Positions 12,592 through 26,700 of a stretch of DNA of 64,000 nt are shown here, in pieces. Origin of the DNA: Balanoglossus misakiensis (lineage: Eukaryota > Animalia > Hemichordata). Location: assembly GCA_040954595.2 (NCBI GenBank), contig CM082579.2:12339834-12403833 (forward strand). Reading direction: 5' to 3'. The notes below the pieces were generated by a model, which did not search any database, was not told the origin of the DNA, and saw nothing but the letters and a program-made list of their open reading frames with translations. Both the position numbers and the translations under genes were made by a program. How positions within the stretch are numbered: position 1 is the first letter of the stretch; each line of letters starts with the position of its first letter.

Positions 12592-13182
12592 TAATAAAGA
12601 AAGAAAGAAAGAAAAATTCCAACGAAACCAATAGGGCCCAAGCGCTTGCTTGCGCTTGGGCCCTAAAAACTCCAACGAAACCAATACGGGCCCAAGCCTG
12701 GCTTGGCTTGGGCCCGTAAAAATTCCAACAATAACAATGGGGGCACAAGCCGCCTGAGGGCGCTTGTGCCCCCAATAAAGAAAAAATTCCAACAATACCA
12801 ATAGGGGCACAAGCCCGATAGGCTTGTGCCCCTAAAAATTCCAACAATACCAATGGGGGCACAAGCCGCCTGAGGGCGCTTGTGCCCCCAATAACCTTGA
12901 TATTTCATGGGATAAAACACAGCATTATGTTTCTACTCATTAATTATGTGCTTATCTAATAATCTGATCAGATAATAGAGCTTGGGCCCGGACAATGCTG
13001 CTTGCAGCTTTAATTAGGGCCCAAGCCAAGCCAGGCTTGGGCCCTATTTACGGGCCCAAGCCAAGCCAGGCTTGGGCCCGTATTGGTTTCGTTGGGGTTT
13101 TTAGGGCCCAAGCGCAAGCAAGCGCTTGGGCCCTATTGGTTTCGTTGGAATTTTTCTTTCTTTCTTTCTTTCTTTCTTTATT
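12592..13182. repeat. array of eight ~35-60-bp hairpin units (stacked HINE-A 5' termini) in two divergent blocks around an orphan 3' terminus
   Basis: Unit: GGG(C/A)CAAGC-type stem, variable loop, inverted stem, then usually ATTGGT(A/T)T(T/C)GTTGGAATTTT. Five units on minus (12592-12895), three on plus (13014-13182). 12592-12720 is the reverse complement of ~13046-13182. Confidence 0.9.
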
Positions 13183-16100
13183 CTTGTGTCAATTCTTCGG
13201 CCAACGAGATCTCTGAAACTACTGCAGGTACACTTCTCAAACTTGCTACAGTGGTCAAGGTCAATGAGTAGATGTGCAGTGACTTGTGAATACTTAATTA
13301 GTCACGTGACCTGGCGGCCATATTGGATTTTCTGAAAAAATACAAATCTCAGATCTCAGAAACTACAAGTCAGATCGACTTCATATTTGGCATGCAGGTA
13401 GACTACCTTCTACCCATCATTTTTGTCATTGGAAATTTTGCTGTCAATGTTGCAGTTTTTTTGCTACAATTTTTTTTCTGAAATCTGGCTTAAATTTCAA
13501 AAATCTTCTTCTCCAGAACCGATGATAACTGAGACACGGGGTTTGGGGTATGTGGTCACCTAAGTGATGTCTATCAAGTTTGCGAAGATCATTGTGATTG
13601 GTCGACGATTATGGCGGCCATATTGGATTTTCGAAAAACCATAGTTAAACTCCAAAAATCTTCTTCTCCAGAACGGGCGATGACTGAGTCACAAGATTCG
13701 GGGAGTATGGTCACTACACTGATGTCTATCAAGTTTGCAAAGAGCATTGTGATTGGTCAAAGATTATGGCGGCCATATTGGATTTTGTAAAAAGCAGTGA
13801 AAAATTGAAATTCCTTTTTCTAGTCTAAAAATTGATAGCATACAAATTCTTTTTATGGATATCAATCGTCATGTGACTAAAATATGTAACAATTTTTTGG
13901 CGATTTTTCACATGACCTTTGACCTACTTATCACGCATTATTATTTCTGCATATCTAATTCCAGGCTAACCTATAGGGCTAGACGTTTGGTTTTTGATGC
14001 TTGTGGACTAGTGTGTGATCAAAATATTTTGCTACTTTTCATGACCCCTTTGACCTCTGCTGACCTCATTAATTATGTGCATAGCTAATTACAGGCGAAC
14101 CAATAGAGCTAGAGGTTTGGTTTTTGTTGGACATGGATAAGTATGGGATCAAAATTTTTTGCCCAAATGTTGGGTGACCTCTGGTGACCTTTGACCTACT
14201 TTCGCATATCTCAGCATCCAGAGCAGATACAGCCATGGCATTTGGTAGGATGGGACCAAAATGTAAAGCCACATTTTTGGGTCACCTGTGACACCTGCTG
14301 ACCTCATTAAATATGCACATACCTAATTACAGGCGAACCAATAGAGCTAGAGTTTTGGTTTTTGTTGGACATGGACCAGTATGGGGTCAAAATTTTTTGC
14401 CCAAATGTTGGGTGACCTCAGGTGACCTTTGACCTACTTCACCCTATTTCAGCAGCAAAAATACACACGTCCTTGTTATGTCATGAGATAATACATCTGA
14501 TAGAAAATTCTGTTTCTTCTCATTCATACTGTGCATATATAATTCAAGATCAGCGCTTGGGCCCGACAATGCTGCTCGCAGCTTTAATTCTTTCTTTCTT
14601 TCTTTCTTTATTCTTGGTTCACTTCTTTGTTGCTCTAGATCTCAGACACCACTGCAGGTACAGTTCTCAAACTTGCTACAGTGGTCAAGGTCAATGAGTA
14701 GTCGTGCATTGAACCCTTGAATTTTTAATTAGTCACATGACCTGGCGGCCATATTGGATTTTCTGAAAAAATGCAAATCTCAGATCTCAGAAACTACAAG
14801 TTAGATCGACTTCAAATTTGGTGTGCAGGTAGATTACATTCTGCCCATCATTTTTGTAATTGGAAATTATTCTGTCAATGTTGCAGTTTTTTTGCTACAA
14901 TTTTTTTTCTGAAATCCGGCTTAAATTTCAAAAATCTTCGTCTCCAGAACCGGTGATAAACGAGACACGGGGTTTGGGGTATGTGGTCACCTATCTGATG
15001 TCTATCAAGTTTGCGAAGATCATTGTGATTGGTCGAAGATTATGGCGGCCATATTGGATTTTCGAAAAACCACAGTAACACTTCAAAAATCTTCTTCTCA
15101 AGAACCGGCGATAATTGAGTCACAAGATTTGGGCAGTATGGTCACTATACTGATGTCTATCAAGTTTGCAAAGAGCATTGTGATAGGTCGAACATTATGG
15201 CGGCCATATTGGATTTTGCGAAAAACGATTATAAAGTAAAAATTCCCTTTCTAGCCTAAAAATTGATAGCACAGAAATTCTTTTTATGGATATGAATCAT
15301 CATATGACAAGAATAAGCTATAAACATTTTGGTAATTTTGGCAATGACCTTTGACCTACTTTTGACGCATCATTTTTCTGCATATCTTATTCCAGGCTAA
15401 CCAATAGGGCTATAAGTTTGGTTTTTGATGTATGTGGATTAGTGTGTGATCAAAAAATTTCGCTACTTTTCATGACCCCTTTGACCTCTGCTGACCTCAT
15501 TAATTATGTGCATAGCTAATTACAGGCGAACCAATAGACCTAAAGGTTTTGTTTTTGTTGGACAGGACCAGTATGGGGTCAAAATTTTTTACCCAAATGT
15601 TGGGAGACCTCTGGTGACCTTTGACCTACTTTCGCAAATCTCAGCATCCACAGCAGATACAGCCTTGGCGTTTGGAGGTATGGGGCCATAATGAAAAGCC
15701 AAAGTTTTGGGTCACCTGTGACACCTGCTTAACTCATTATTTATGTGCATACCTAATTCCGGGCTAACCAAAAGGGCTAGAGGTCTGGTTTTTGTTGGAC
15801 ATGGACCACTATGGGTCAAAATTTTCTGCCCATATTGTGGGTGACCTCTGGGTGACCTTTGACCTACTTAACACTATATCAGCACTAAACATAGATATAA
15901 TCTTGATATTTCATGGGATAAAACACAGCATTATGTTTCTACTCATTAATTATGTGCATATCTAATAATCAGATCAGATAATAGAGCTTGGGCCCGGACA
16001 ATGCTGCTTGCAGCTTTAATGCTTATTATTATTCTCCTTCCGAGAAATTTCATCATGGTAGATCAGGAAAACCGCAGCACCTAGGGGTCTGAAACTTGGT

Positions 16101-18872
16101 AGGGTGATAGGGGCCAATGAGGAGACGTGCAGTGGCTCGTGAATATTTAATTAGTCATGTGACCTGGCGGCCATATTGGATTTCCTGAAATTCGTTAAAC
16201 GAGTCCTTCTCCAAAACTACTGGCCTGATCGAGTTCAAATTTGGTGTGCAGGTAGCCTACCTTCTGTCCATCATTTTACCCTATTGAAATCATGACGTCA
16301 CACATAAAGTTTTTTTGCTACAATTGTTTTTTCTGAAAAACTACTTAAAACTTTAAAAATCTTCTTCTCCAGAACCAGCGATTGCCGAGTCACGGGATTC
16401 GGGGTATGTGGTCACCTAACCTATGTCTATCAAGTTTGCGAAGCGCACTGTGATTGGTCGATCATTATGGCGGCCATGTTGGATTTTCGGAAAACCATTG
16501 AAAAATGAAAACTCCGTTTTGTAGCCAAAATATTGACAGCACGGAAATTCTTTTTTTGGATATGAGTCATCATATGACCGGAAGCTGTCACAATTTTTCG
16601 GGGCAATTTTCACATGACCTTTGACCCAGTTTTAAAACAACTAATTATATATGCATATTCCCCATACCTCCTCTTGTCAAAGCACCACAGTCATGAATTT
16701 TGTGGACATGGGTACCAATGCTGCCAGGACATGGCACAAATATTTTGGTAATTTTGGCAATGACCCTTGACCTATTTCTGAAACATCATTTTTCTGCATA
16801 TCTAATTCCAGGCTAACCAATAGGGCTAGAGGTCTGGTTTTAGTTGGACATGGCCAACTCTGGGGTCAAAATTTTATGCCCAAATTTTGGGTGACCTTGG
16901 ATGACCTTTGATCTACTTTCCCATATCTCAGCATCCACAGCAGTTAGAGTCCTGGCTTTTGGGGGGCAGATGGAGCACATATGGAGTCTTACACAAGACC
17001 TCATTAATTATGCGCATACCTAATTCTAGGCGAACCAATAGAGCTAGGGGTCTTGTTTTTGTTGGACCTAGACTTGTATGGGGTCCGATTTTTTTGCCCA
17101 AATTTGGGGTGACCTCAGGTGACCTTTGACCTACTTTCCCATATCTTGGTATCCACAGCAGATACAGCCTTGGCATTTGCTGGTTACCATGGGAACCGCT
17201 TGTGCCCCGCCAACGCTGCTTGCAGCTTTAATACTTTCTTTCTTTCTTTATTCTTGTGTCAATTCATTGACCCACGAGATCTCAGACACCGCTGCAGGTA
17301 CACTTCTGAAACTTGCTACAGTGGTCAAGGTCAATGAGTAGTCGTGCATTGAACCCTTGAATTTTTAATTAGTCACGTGACCTGGCGGCCATCTTGGATT
17401 TTCTGAAAAAATGCAAATCTCAGATCTCAGAAACTACAAGTCAGATCGACTTCAAATTTTGCATGCTGGTAGACTACCTTCTGCCCATCATTTTTGTAAT
17501 TGGAAATTATGCTGACAAAGTTGCAGTTTTTTGCTACAATTTTTTTTCTGAAATCTGGCTTAAATTTCAAAAATCTTCTTCTCCAGAACCGGTGATAACC
17601 GAGACACAGGGTTTGCGAAGATCATTGTGATTGGTCGAAGATTTTGGCGGTCATATTGGATTTTCGAAAAACCCTAGTAAAATTTCAAAAATCTTCTTCT
17701 CAACAACCGGCGATAACCGAGTCACAAGATTTGGTGTGTGTGGTCATTAAACAGATGTCTATCAAGTTTGCAAAGAGCATTGTGATTGGTCGAAAATTAT
17801 GGCGGCCATATTGGATTTTGTGAAAAACGATTAAAAAGTAAAAATGCCATTTCTAGCCTAAAAATTGATAGCACAGAAATTCTTTTTATGGATATGAATC
17901 ATCATATGACTACAATGTGCTATAAATATTTTGGTAATTTTGGCAATGACCTTTGACCTACTTTTGACGCATCATTTTTCTGCATATCTAATTCCAGGCT
18001 AACCTATAGGGCTAGACGTTTGGTTTTTGATGCATGTGGATTTGTGTGTGATCAAAATATTTTCCTACTTTTCATGACCCCTTTGACCTCTGCTGACCTC
18101 ATTAATTATGTGCATAGCTAATTACAGGCGAACCAATAGAGCTAGAGGTTTGGTTTTTGTTGGACATGGGCCACTATGGGAACAAAATTTTTTGCCCAAA
18201 TGTTGGGTGACCTCTGGTCACCTTTGACCTACTTTCGCATATCTCAGCATCCAGAGCAAATACAGCCTTGGCATTTGGCAGGATGGGCCAAAATGTACAG
18301 CCACATTTTTGGGTCACCTGTGACACCTGCTGACCTCATTAAATATGCACATACCTAATTACAGGCGAACCAATAGAGCTAGAGTTTTAGTTTTTGTTGG
18401 ACATGGACCAGTATGGGTCAAACAATTTTGCCCAAATGTTTGGTGACCTCAGGTGACCTTTGACCCACTTTCGCATATCTCAGCATCCAGAGCAGATACA
18501 GCCTTGGCATTTGGCAGGATGGGGCCAAAATGTACAGCCACATTTTTGGGTCACCTGTGACACCTGCTGACCTCATTAAATATGCACATAATTATGTGCA
18601 TAGCTAATTACAAGCGAACCAATAGAGCTAGAGGTTTGGTTTTTGTTGGACATGGACCAGTATGGGGTCAACAATTTTTGCCCAAATGTTGGGTGACCTT
18701 AGGTGACCTTTGACCTACTTTAATCTATATCAGCACAAAACATACATACATCCTTGTTATTTCATGAGACAAAACACCTGATAGAGCATTGTTTTTCTTC
18801 TCATTCATAATGTGCATATATAATTCCAGATCAGCGCTTGGACCCAGACAATGCTGCTTGCAGCTTTAATTT
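13014..18872 (+). mobile_element. head-to-tail concatemer of four Helentron/HINE-like family A elements
   Basis: Units ~13014-14590, 14590-16021, 16022-17232 and 17233-18872. Each starts with a (TTTC)n or (TTA)n tract and a shared core, carries internal ~180- and ~240-bp subrepeats, and ends in subTIR + GCTGCT(T/C)GCAGC hairpin + TTTAAT. This is the DINE-1/HINE layout; the family was assigned from structure only. Confidence 0.75.
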
Positions 18873-19764
18873 GTAATTACTTTTATTTTGGAATTTGAAC
18901 AACTTGTAGAGGGAATGATAAAAGTGTGAACAGAAATTTGAAGAAGGTTGAAAGATCTCGTTCAGCTGATCAGTACATTATTTCGAAGCGAATCAAAAAT
19001 GCGATCTGGGACCAGTGTTTTTATTTAATTTCAGTGGTTTTAGGGTTATAGCAACCATTTCATTTCTTCTCGAACATTTTTAATAGGCGTATCTTTGTGC
19101 GGGATACAGATAATGGATATGTATACGGGTGTTTCAGGATTGTATACACTCATTTGAAAACACACAAATATGATCAGAGCAATGTCTAGTACATTTTAAT
19201 GTACATTTCAATATACATTGTAGTTCAGAGAATACGTTATAATCTGGGTTTATACAGTTCAAGCTTTCATATAAAATGTGGGGTATACATTAAAGCCCCA
19301 TGAGCTGCAACTTGATAAAAACAGTTAAGCTTTAAATAATCTCTGTATACACTGTACTTAGAATTCAGTCTAACAAATGATATTGCCTGATAGTATATCA
19401 AAAAAACAGTTACTTATGAATTTATGATAAAATGGCCAAAAATGAAAGGAATATCAGTAGAGTGAAACATTTCCGCAAGTTTTGTGCAATGAAAAATAAA
19501 AATCTAATGTCTCGGTGGAGTAAAGAGAGAAATGCAATGTTGTCATTGTATTTTGCATTTTACTACAGTGACGGCCATATTCCTTTGCGGCAAAGCTTAA
19601 TTAGTCATCTGGTTAAAACTTGTATTTAACTCATGTTTAGGGTTTACAATACTTACATCATGGAGCGTTAACTTATGCAAATTAGTATTTAATTATACTC
19701 AATTATGACAACTAACCTGTTTTCACACTATAAAGGTGATTTCTATATCTCTTACATTGATAAT

Positions 19765-20295
19765 TGAAATCATTTGGCGGCCATTTTTGATGCTAATTAT
19801 CTCAAATTGCTCAATACTGACAGAGCTCCAGTAACCATTTCTTTCACTCTGGTGATCTATACAAGTAGAATCCGCTTAAAAAAATCTGAAGACACTAATA
19901 CAAGGTTCGTCACGAAAATGGACTTGGCTACCGTCCCATGTATGTGTAATTTGAAACCATTTGGCGGCCATTTTGTTATGCTAATTATCTCAAATTGCTC
20001 AATACTGACAGAGCTCCAGTAATCATTTCCTTCAATCTGATGATCTATACAAGCAGAATCCGCTTAAAAAAATTAGAAGACACTTATACAAGGTTCGTCA
20101 CAAAAAGGGGACTTGGCAGCCGGCCTATATATTGGTAATTTGAAATCATTTGGCGACCATTTTTTATGCTAATTATCTCAAATTGCTCAATACTGACAGA
20201 GCTCCAGTAACCATTTCTTTCACTCTGGTGATCTATACAAGCAGAATCCACTTTAAAAAATCTGAAGACACTTATACAAGGTTCGTCACACAAGG
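19765..20295 (+). repeat. tandem repeat, ~188-bp period, 3 copies
   Basis: TGAAA(T/C)CATTTGGCG(G/A)CCATTTT...GCTAATTATCTCAAATTGCTCAATACTGACAGAGCTCCAGTAA at ~19765, ~19952 and ~20141. Confidence 0.9.
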
Positions 20296-20388
20296 AGATT
20301 TGGCTGCCGGACTAAATGCATACGATTGGTTATCTAAGATATTTGGGACCTTATTTGAATAAGAAACCTAAATAAAAACAGTATTTAG

Positions 20389-20507
20389 AGAATAATGAAT
20401 GCCCCAAAGACCCATAATGGACGAAAGCACACATTGTGCCTCATACATTATGACGCACAATGTGTGCTTTTGTCCATTATGGGTCTTTGGGGCGTTCATT
20501 ATTCTCA
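20389..20507. repeat. ~120-bp near-perfect palindrome
   Basis: GAGAATAATGAATGCCCCAAAGACCCATAATGGAC...GTCCATTATGGGTCTTTGGGGCGTTCATTATTCTC. Confidence 0.85.
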
Positions 20508-20764
20508 TTATTTTATAGTTTTGTCAATGCCAGTGAATTTGCAGACTTCAAAAACTATAGGTGCGAACAATTCAGACTCGGACACGGAGATCGAGAACGG
20601 AGCAATGGCGTACGCGCAATATAATATAATATTCATTTTGATGAGTACATCCCAACGACACCTACAAAATACAACTTAAAATATGTTTGTGAAAAGTCAA
20701 AACAAGTCAAAAGTAATCAGACATGTATACAAATCGTTTACATAAACATCAAATGTTGGTGCCA

Positions 20765-23700
20765 TCAACCTAAAGTGTCCAACTCGAACTTAACCAAATC
20801 GTGTATTCCCCATGGTTGGATTTTGTTGCTGACTTCCCCCCAGAATTCTTTGAACGTAGTCACATCTGCAATATCTTCATCTTTACAAATCTTCTTCAGG
20901 TCAGCCATTTCAACGTCAGTCCAAAGATACTTAAGTTGTAAAGTTTGAAGGAAGACATCCAAATCTGCTCCTGAAAATTAAAAAGTAGAATAACATCGAA
21001 TAAAAATAGCGTCAACGACACTTGGTGCTCTCTCAGTGTGTAGTGGATGACGAGCAGCATGTTTGGAGAACAGTGGTTTGGTATATGGGTGAAAGGAACA
21101 ATTTGCAAACACCAAGGTGAAATGCTGAACTGTTTTGCTCATGTAATATTGAATGCAGCCTGATAAGGTGGGTGCTTGGCAGGGGGAAAAACCACATGTC
21201 AAGGGCTCTAATAACTATTTTAAATTTAGTCTTAAAAATGGCCCGCACACACAAATGGGCCGGCCTCACACAAATATATTCTGTCATTTCCCTCTCTAAT
21301 TTTGTATTCATTGTTATACTGATGGATTTTATTATGTATTGTTATATCAAATTGCACCAGGGCAAGGTGTGATAAATGCATTTTGAAAAAAAAAACATTG
21401 CAAGTAGAAGTATTTAAAGTGAAAGAAATACATTTTTTTTTAAATATCAGCATTCAGAATCAGCTGAAGTGTTTTTATAAAAAAAGTTCTCCATTTCCAA
21501 GTATATACTCTCATGTTCTGACTGTAGTAGTGTTGGTGTTATAGCAAATAAATACATGAATTGTTCAAACAGAAAGGTCAATCATTTTGTTTTTCCAGGT
21601 GATGGGAGCATAGCAGTTGTGAACATAGTATATGAAATAAATTAAAATAGTCATTGGTTTCGGAGGTAACACCTTCTGAATCATGAAGTGTAGCATCCTT
21701 TACATAATGTCCATTCAAAGACCATGGAGAAAAAGACTAAAAAACCATCATCGCCGATAAATCATCGATGCTTAACAATCAGTCACCAGAGAAAATTCAG
21801 CCTGGAGAACCACCTGGACCCACCTGTCAAATGCCTCTGTACACTTGAACAAGTGAATAATCACTTATTTGTCAGACCACACAATAAAGTACAATAGAAG
21901 ATCAACGGTAACAGAATCAAAAGTAAATCAATCTTCACTTAAAGGTATACGGTCACCTCCAATTTACATATCGCCATATATAGTTGAAATGGCGTATTTG
22001 AGTGTTCTAAAGAACGCTTTATTTTCGCGTGTGCCACCCACTGAAAATCTGTGATTGGTTAGATCTCGATTTACCATGGTAACTGTGGCTAAATTTGTAT
22101 AGGTGCCCGTATACCTTTAATATCTAAATAAACACTTCTGTGCATTATCCGTTTATTTACAAAAACGTTTACCATCTATATTTTATCCAGATGTTTGTCG
22201 TCTTGTAGCATTTGAATTTTGACAAACATTTCTGCTCCTATTAAGGCAGTTTCTAAGATTCTTATCACAGTCACCATACTTTCTTCAGAGACTGTTTTAT
22301 CTCCATCAGCAATATGGTTTCGTAGAATAAAAGTCCGATCCTTAGATGTACCAAAGGCCTGGGCAGCTTCAATGGTCTTCTGGAGTTTTAGCTCTTTTGA
22401 CGGTTCGTCTTTAGTCTTGTATGTTACTACAGAGACTGGTGAAAACCCTGTAGAGACAAAGGAAAATATGTAAGCTTGTAATTTAAGGCCCTAACACTTT
22501 CTCCACTCATTTGACCTGTACATATAGCCGTGGTTTTTTAAGTTTTCGATTAATATTCATATACATATTTGAGTCATAAAATCATATCATAATTTACACT
22601 GAATTGCACAGATTAAAATTAAAACTGAATTGCACAATAACCATGTCCAGCCCGGCTGACATACAACGAACATAGTCTTCATGACACCATTGAATTGATA
22701 CAGGAACATGGGGCCCGGGGCTGAAGTATTATGGATTGCAAATTAAAGGTGGGAAGAGTTGAAGGGGGAACAAACGAAATGTCACCATCCATAGTATTAA
22801 AGGGACAATTTTACAGACAATTTCATTTGTTTCATCCATTTTTTTCTGACAGTGTTATTCTCAAAGAATGTGGGAAGTAAGAAGAAATGACAAGTTACAT
22901 CTTTACCATAATTCCAGCAAAAGAATAACTAGCAGGAGGGAGCAATATATTGCCTTCTTAGTACCGTATGTTTGTAAACCTGTTTCAAAACGTACCACAC
23001 ATTTGTTGCCAAGAGAATCAAATAAAGCCGCCACGGAACTGTTAGAGGTGTTTACAAATATATTTATAAACATGCCTTAGTAATTATAAAGCAAGACAGT
23101 GTCGATAAGAGATTTTTTGCTGGAACAACTATTTAACGTCGGCAGATTGAAGTAAGCTGGACAAAATGGAAATACAAACAACTGTTTAATTAACAGAATA
23201 GAATAAATGTTTTATTGGAAACACGATAGAAAAATATTTAAAAAGCACAGACTGCAATGAAAACCTGCATTTGATAATTGAAAACTGAATGTAACATGAA
23301 TCAGTGTGCACATCATCTCAGAAAAGTATCTGGAAGGACACCAACATGAACAGCAACATAATAAAATTAAAGCTGCAAGCAGCGTTGGTGGGGCCAAAGC
23401 GGTTCCCACGGAATACCAAAGATGTACATGTACTGGATATACCGAGGTATCAGAAAGAAGATCAAGGGTCACTCTCATGTCACCTCACATTTCCTTATAG
23501 CAAATGGCCCACGGAGTACTAGTCCTATGCATCAGCTTAGAAATAGGTATGCACATAATTACTTATGAGGTAAGACATAAGACTCCATAGTTGTTCCATC
23601 CCTCCAAATGCCAAGGCTGTATCTGCTCTGGATGGCGAGATACGTGAAGTAGGTCAAAGGTCACCCACGCGTCTATCACCTATTGTTGCAATTTCCAGCA

Positions 23701-26700
23701 TTGGATCGAAAAATTAGCCAACAGGAAAAGCTGCATAAAACACATGAATTATGAAGAAACAGTGCATGGACTACCCCCATTTATCACACTCGTTTACAAC
23801 ACCCTGGGAACATCTATTGATGCAATGGTAATGGAAGTGGGGGGTTCTGCAGCATTCTGAGTGCACGCTGTATTGAGCAATGTGCAAAGGAGAATACTCA
23901 AGTTTGTTTTAATAAAAAAAAAACATTCCTGACTAACAATTTCAACTAAAGTAGCAGATATTAACTCTGGAAATGAACGCTATCATCCTGAAAATTTTAG
24001 ATAAAGTAAGTGAAGTTTCCTTAGTGTCCGTAAAGGCAATTATGCGAGAATAATGCAAGCTTCGCCCACCATTATCTTACCAGATCTAGATCATTGGAAA
24101 TGTATTGTACAATATCGCATCACATTTGGTTTATTGTTTTTAAAGTTAATAGTGAACACTGCGCTGTGCAATGCAACGATGAAAATACGTTACAGTCAAA
24201 CCCCTGTTAGTGGTCAACCCTACATAACGGCCACCTCTATATATTGGCCACTTTGTCCTTGTGCAATTCACATATGTGTTAAGTAACCTCTATATAAAGG
24301 TCACCTCTCTATAAAGGTCAGTTTAGGAAAGTCCCTTGACTGGCCACTATAGAGAGGTTTAAGTTAAATACCAATAACATGGCAATTGCAATGAATCAAT
24401 CAATAATCCTGATAGCTTACAGGACATATTTGCATATGTTTTCATCCTGTCGACTTTCAGAAAAGGTTGCTATATGTTTTTCAACAATTGCCGCTTATGG
24501 CATATTTCATACAGCTAATGAAGAGCGATCACATTTGTGAACTGGACCTTCAGTGCAAAGGACTATTATTTCATCCATCGCCATTACCTTACAAAAACTA
24601 TAGATCTATGTCTAGTCCATGGTGGATCTACAGTATACTTTATTTGTAATCACTTACAGACAAACTTCATTGTCTTAAAAGCATGCCTGTATGATGCAGT
24701 AGTAGATGACAAAATAGATGAATTTGAAGGAAAGGAGAAATTATAGTGCTTGTTAAAATAACAGACAGTTCTTGAATAGTGCACGTATCCACACTGGTGC
24801 TCAAGGGGCTCTACAAAAAGTATCTCTGGTCACTCGATAACGATTTTATCCGCATTCAATTGAATTATGTGTTGTAACATTGAAAACCCCCTTACCAGTA
24901 GCCTTAAAATCCTGTCGATAACGTTCCAGTTGTTGCATATAATTATCGAATCTTGGGTCTTCATAATCCAAGATGGCGATCAAGCAATGTACCTTTCCTT
25001 CGAGTGGAGCTTCGTGCCGACTTGCTATAACTGTTGCACGACTTTCACCTGCTCTTGTAATAGTTTCACCATCTTTAATTCGCCCTTCAATGTAAAGGAA
25101 ATAAAAGATTATAGATTTTGAGAGAGGTCATTTTCACCTCAGACAACATTTATTTGGCGGGCTTCATTTTAAAATTTAGCACATTACGTGGGAAAGGTCG
25201 TCTCTTAAGTGGGAGGGGTAAACACATAAGTAACAGTTTGTGACATAAATTGATGAAATGATGCAGTGTAGAATGAAAATTGCTATTTCTCCTTTTTAGA
25301 TCGGTTGCGTCTGTATGTATGTATTTATGTATGTATGTATGTATGTATGTATGTATGGATGTATGGATGTATGTCTGTATGTCCGTCCACATCAAAAACT
25401 TGAAAACCGCCGCACGCATGACCTCGATATTTGGTGTGTAGATGCAGGCAGGGCTGTAGATGGGAGTTTGTTCAAATGAAGTAATGGCGCAAGTCATTGC
25501 CAAAAATATGCAAATTAGCTGGGAAAATGTGAAATTGGTCAAAACTCAAAAACTCGACAACCACTGGTCATATTGATTTGAAAATTGGAATGCATGTACC
25601 TTATGTCTACCTTATACAGTCCTGTATGTTTTGAGCTAATATTATCGATTTCCTATTTTTTAGGCACTTTTTGTATTTTTCCATGTTATTGGTAAAAAGT
25701 CTTCATTTCTGAAAGTGATGGGGTTACTTCTTTGAAATTTAGTATGAAGTTTCCTAATGGTTGTCTGAGTAACCATAGTTTTGTTCAAATTGATGCGAAA
25801 TTTGCATATTTATAATTTCAGCAATATTTGCCATTTTTGGTCATTTTATTTTCTTTAAAACCGCATGTCAGATTGCTTTGCAATTTGCTAGGCATGTTCG
25901 TAGGGGTAACCTAAGTAATATGTTGTAAAAATGTGATATTTGCATAAATGAGTTATCGGGGAAACTTTTGCAATTTTTGTCAGAAATAGTTTTCTCTGAA
26001 ATCGCTTGTCACATTGCATTGAACTCTGGCAGCATGTTCCTTGTAGTGATTGAAGTAAGATATTATACAATTTTGGTGATATTTGCATATTTGTGTTTTT
26101 GCCTCTTGTTTTTGTCCAGTTGTTTTGAAAGTTACTATTTCAAGGAGTTGTTACCCCGAAATAAGACATGTTTACATAACTTTAATAGGCCAGCTGTTAC
26201 AGAGACCACCAGCTATTAAATTTTTAATTACCAGTGGCAGGTAAGTGTGTGTGTGTGTCTGTCTGCATGTGTGTCTGTTCAAGGGCTGACTGAAAGAAAT
26301 TGTTTCTCACATGTGTTTGTACAGACAATTTTTGGTCAATTTTTTTTATAGCACCACTTGACTGTCATGACACATGACAGTTTTTTGGGCGTGTTCCTTG
26401 TTAATTTTTTTTAATTCCATATTTCTATATGGTAAGATCATATCTGCTTGCAATGTCACCTGTCATTTTTATTCTGGTGTGTCACTGTTTCCGCATAATC
26501 TTCAAATGGGACCACAGTGTCCTTGACGCTATTTTTTATAAAGCTGTGTACATCGGCGTAATACAATAGATTATATCTTGTTAGCATCTCTACACACAAC
26601 GTTTGTACTTGCAATGTCTTTGCCATGATATTAATGTAGTCTGTTAGGGGGCTGAATTCCCTAAAACTTTGCAAGCATTTGTGAGAGTGGCATTTTTATT

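Noticed and set aside
12592-13182. CRISPR array
   Set aside because: Eukaryotic context, no cas genes, loops only 7-11 nt and repeated; the units match HINE termini.
12517-18358. Many 60-100-aa ORFs
   Set aside because: They are translations of hairpins, microsatellites and HINE repeats; frames are not kept between copies.
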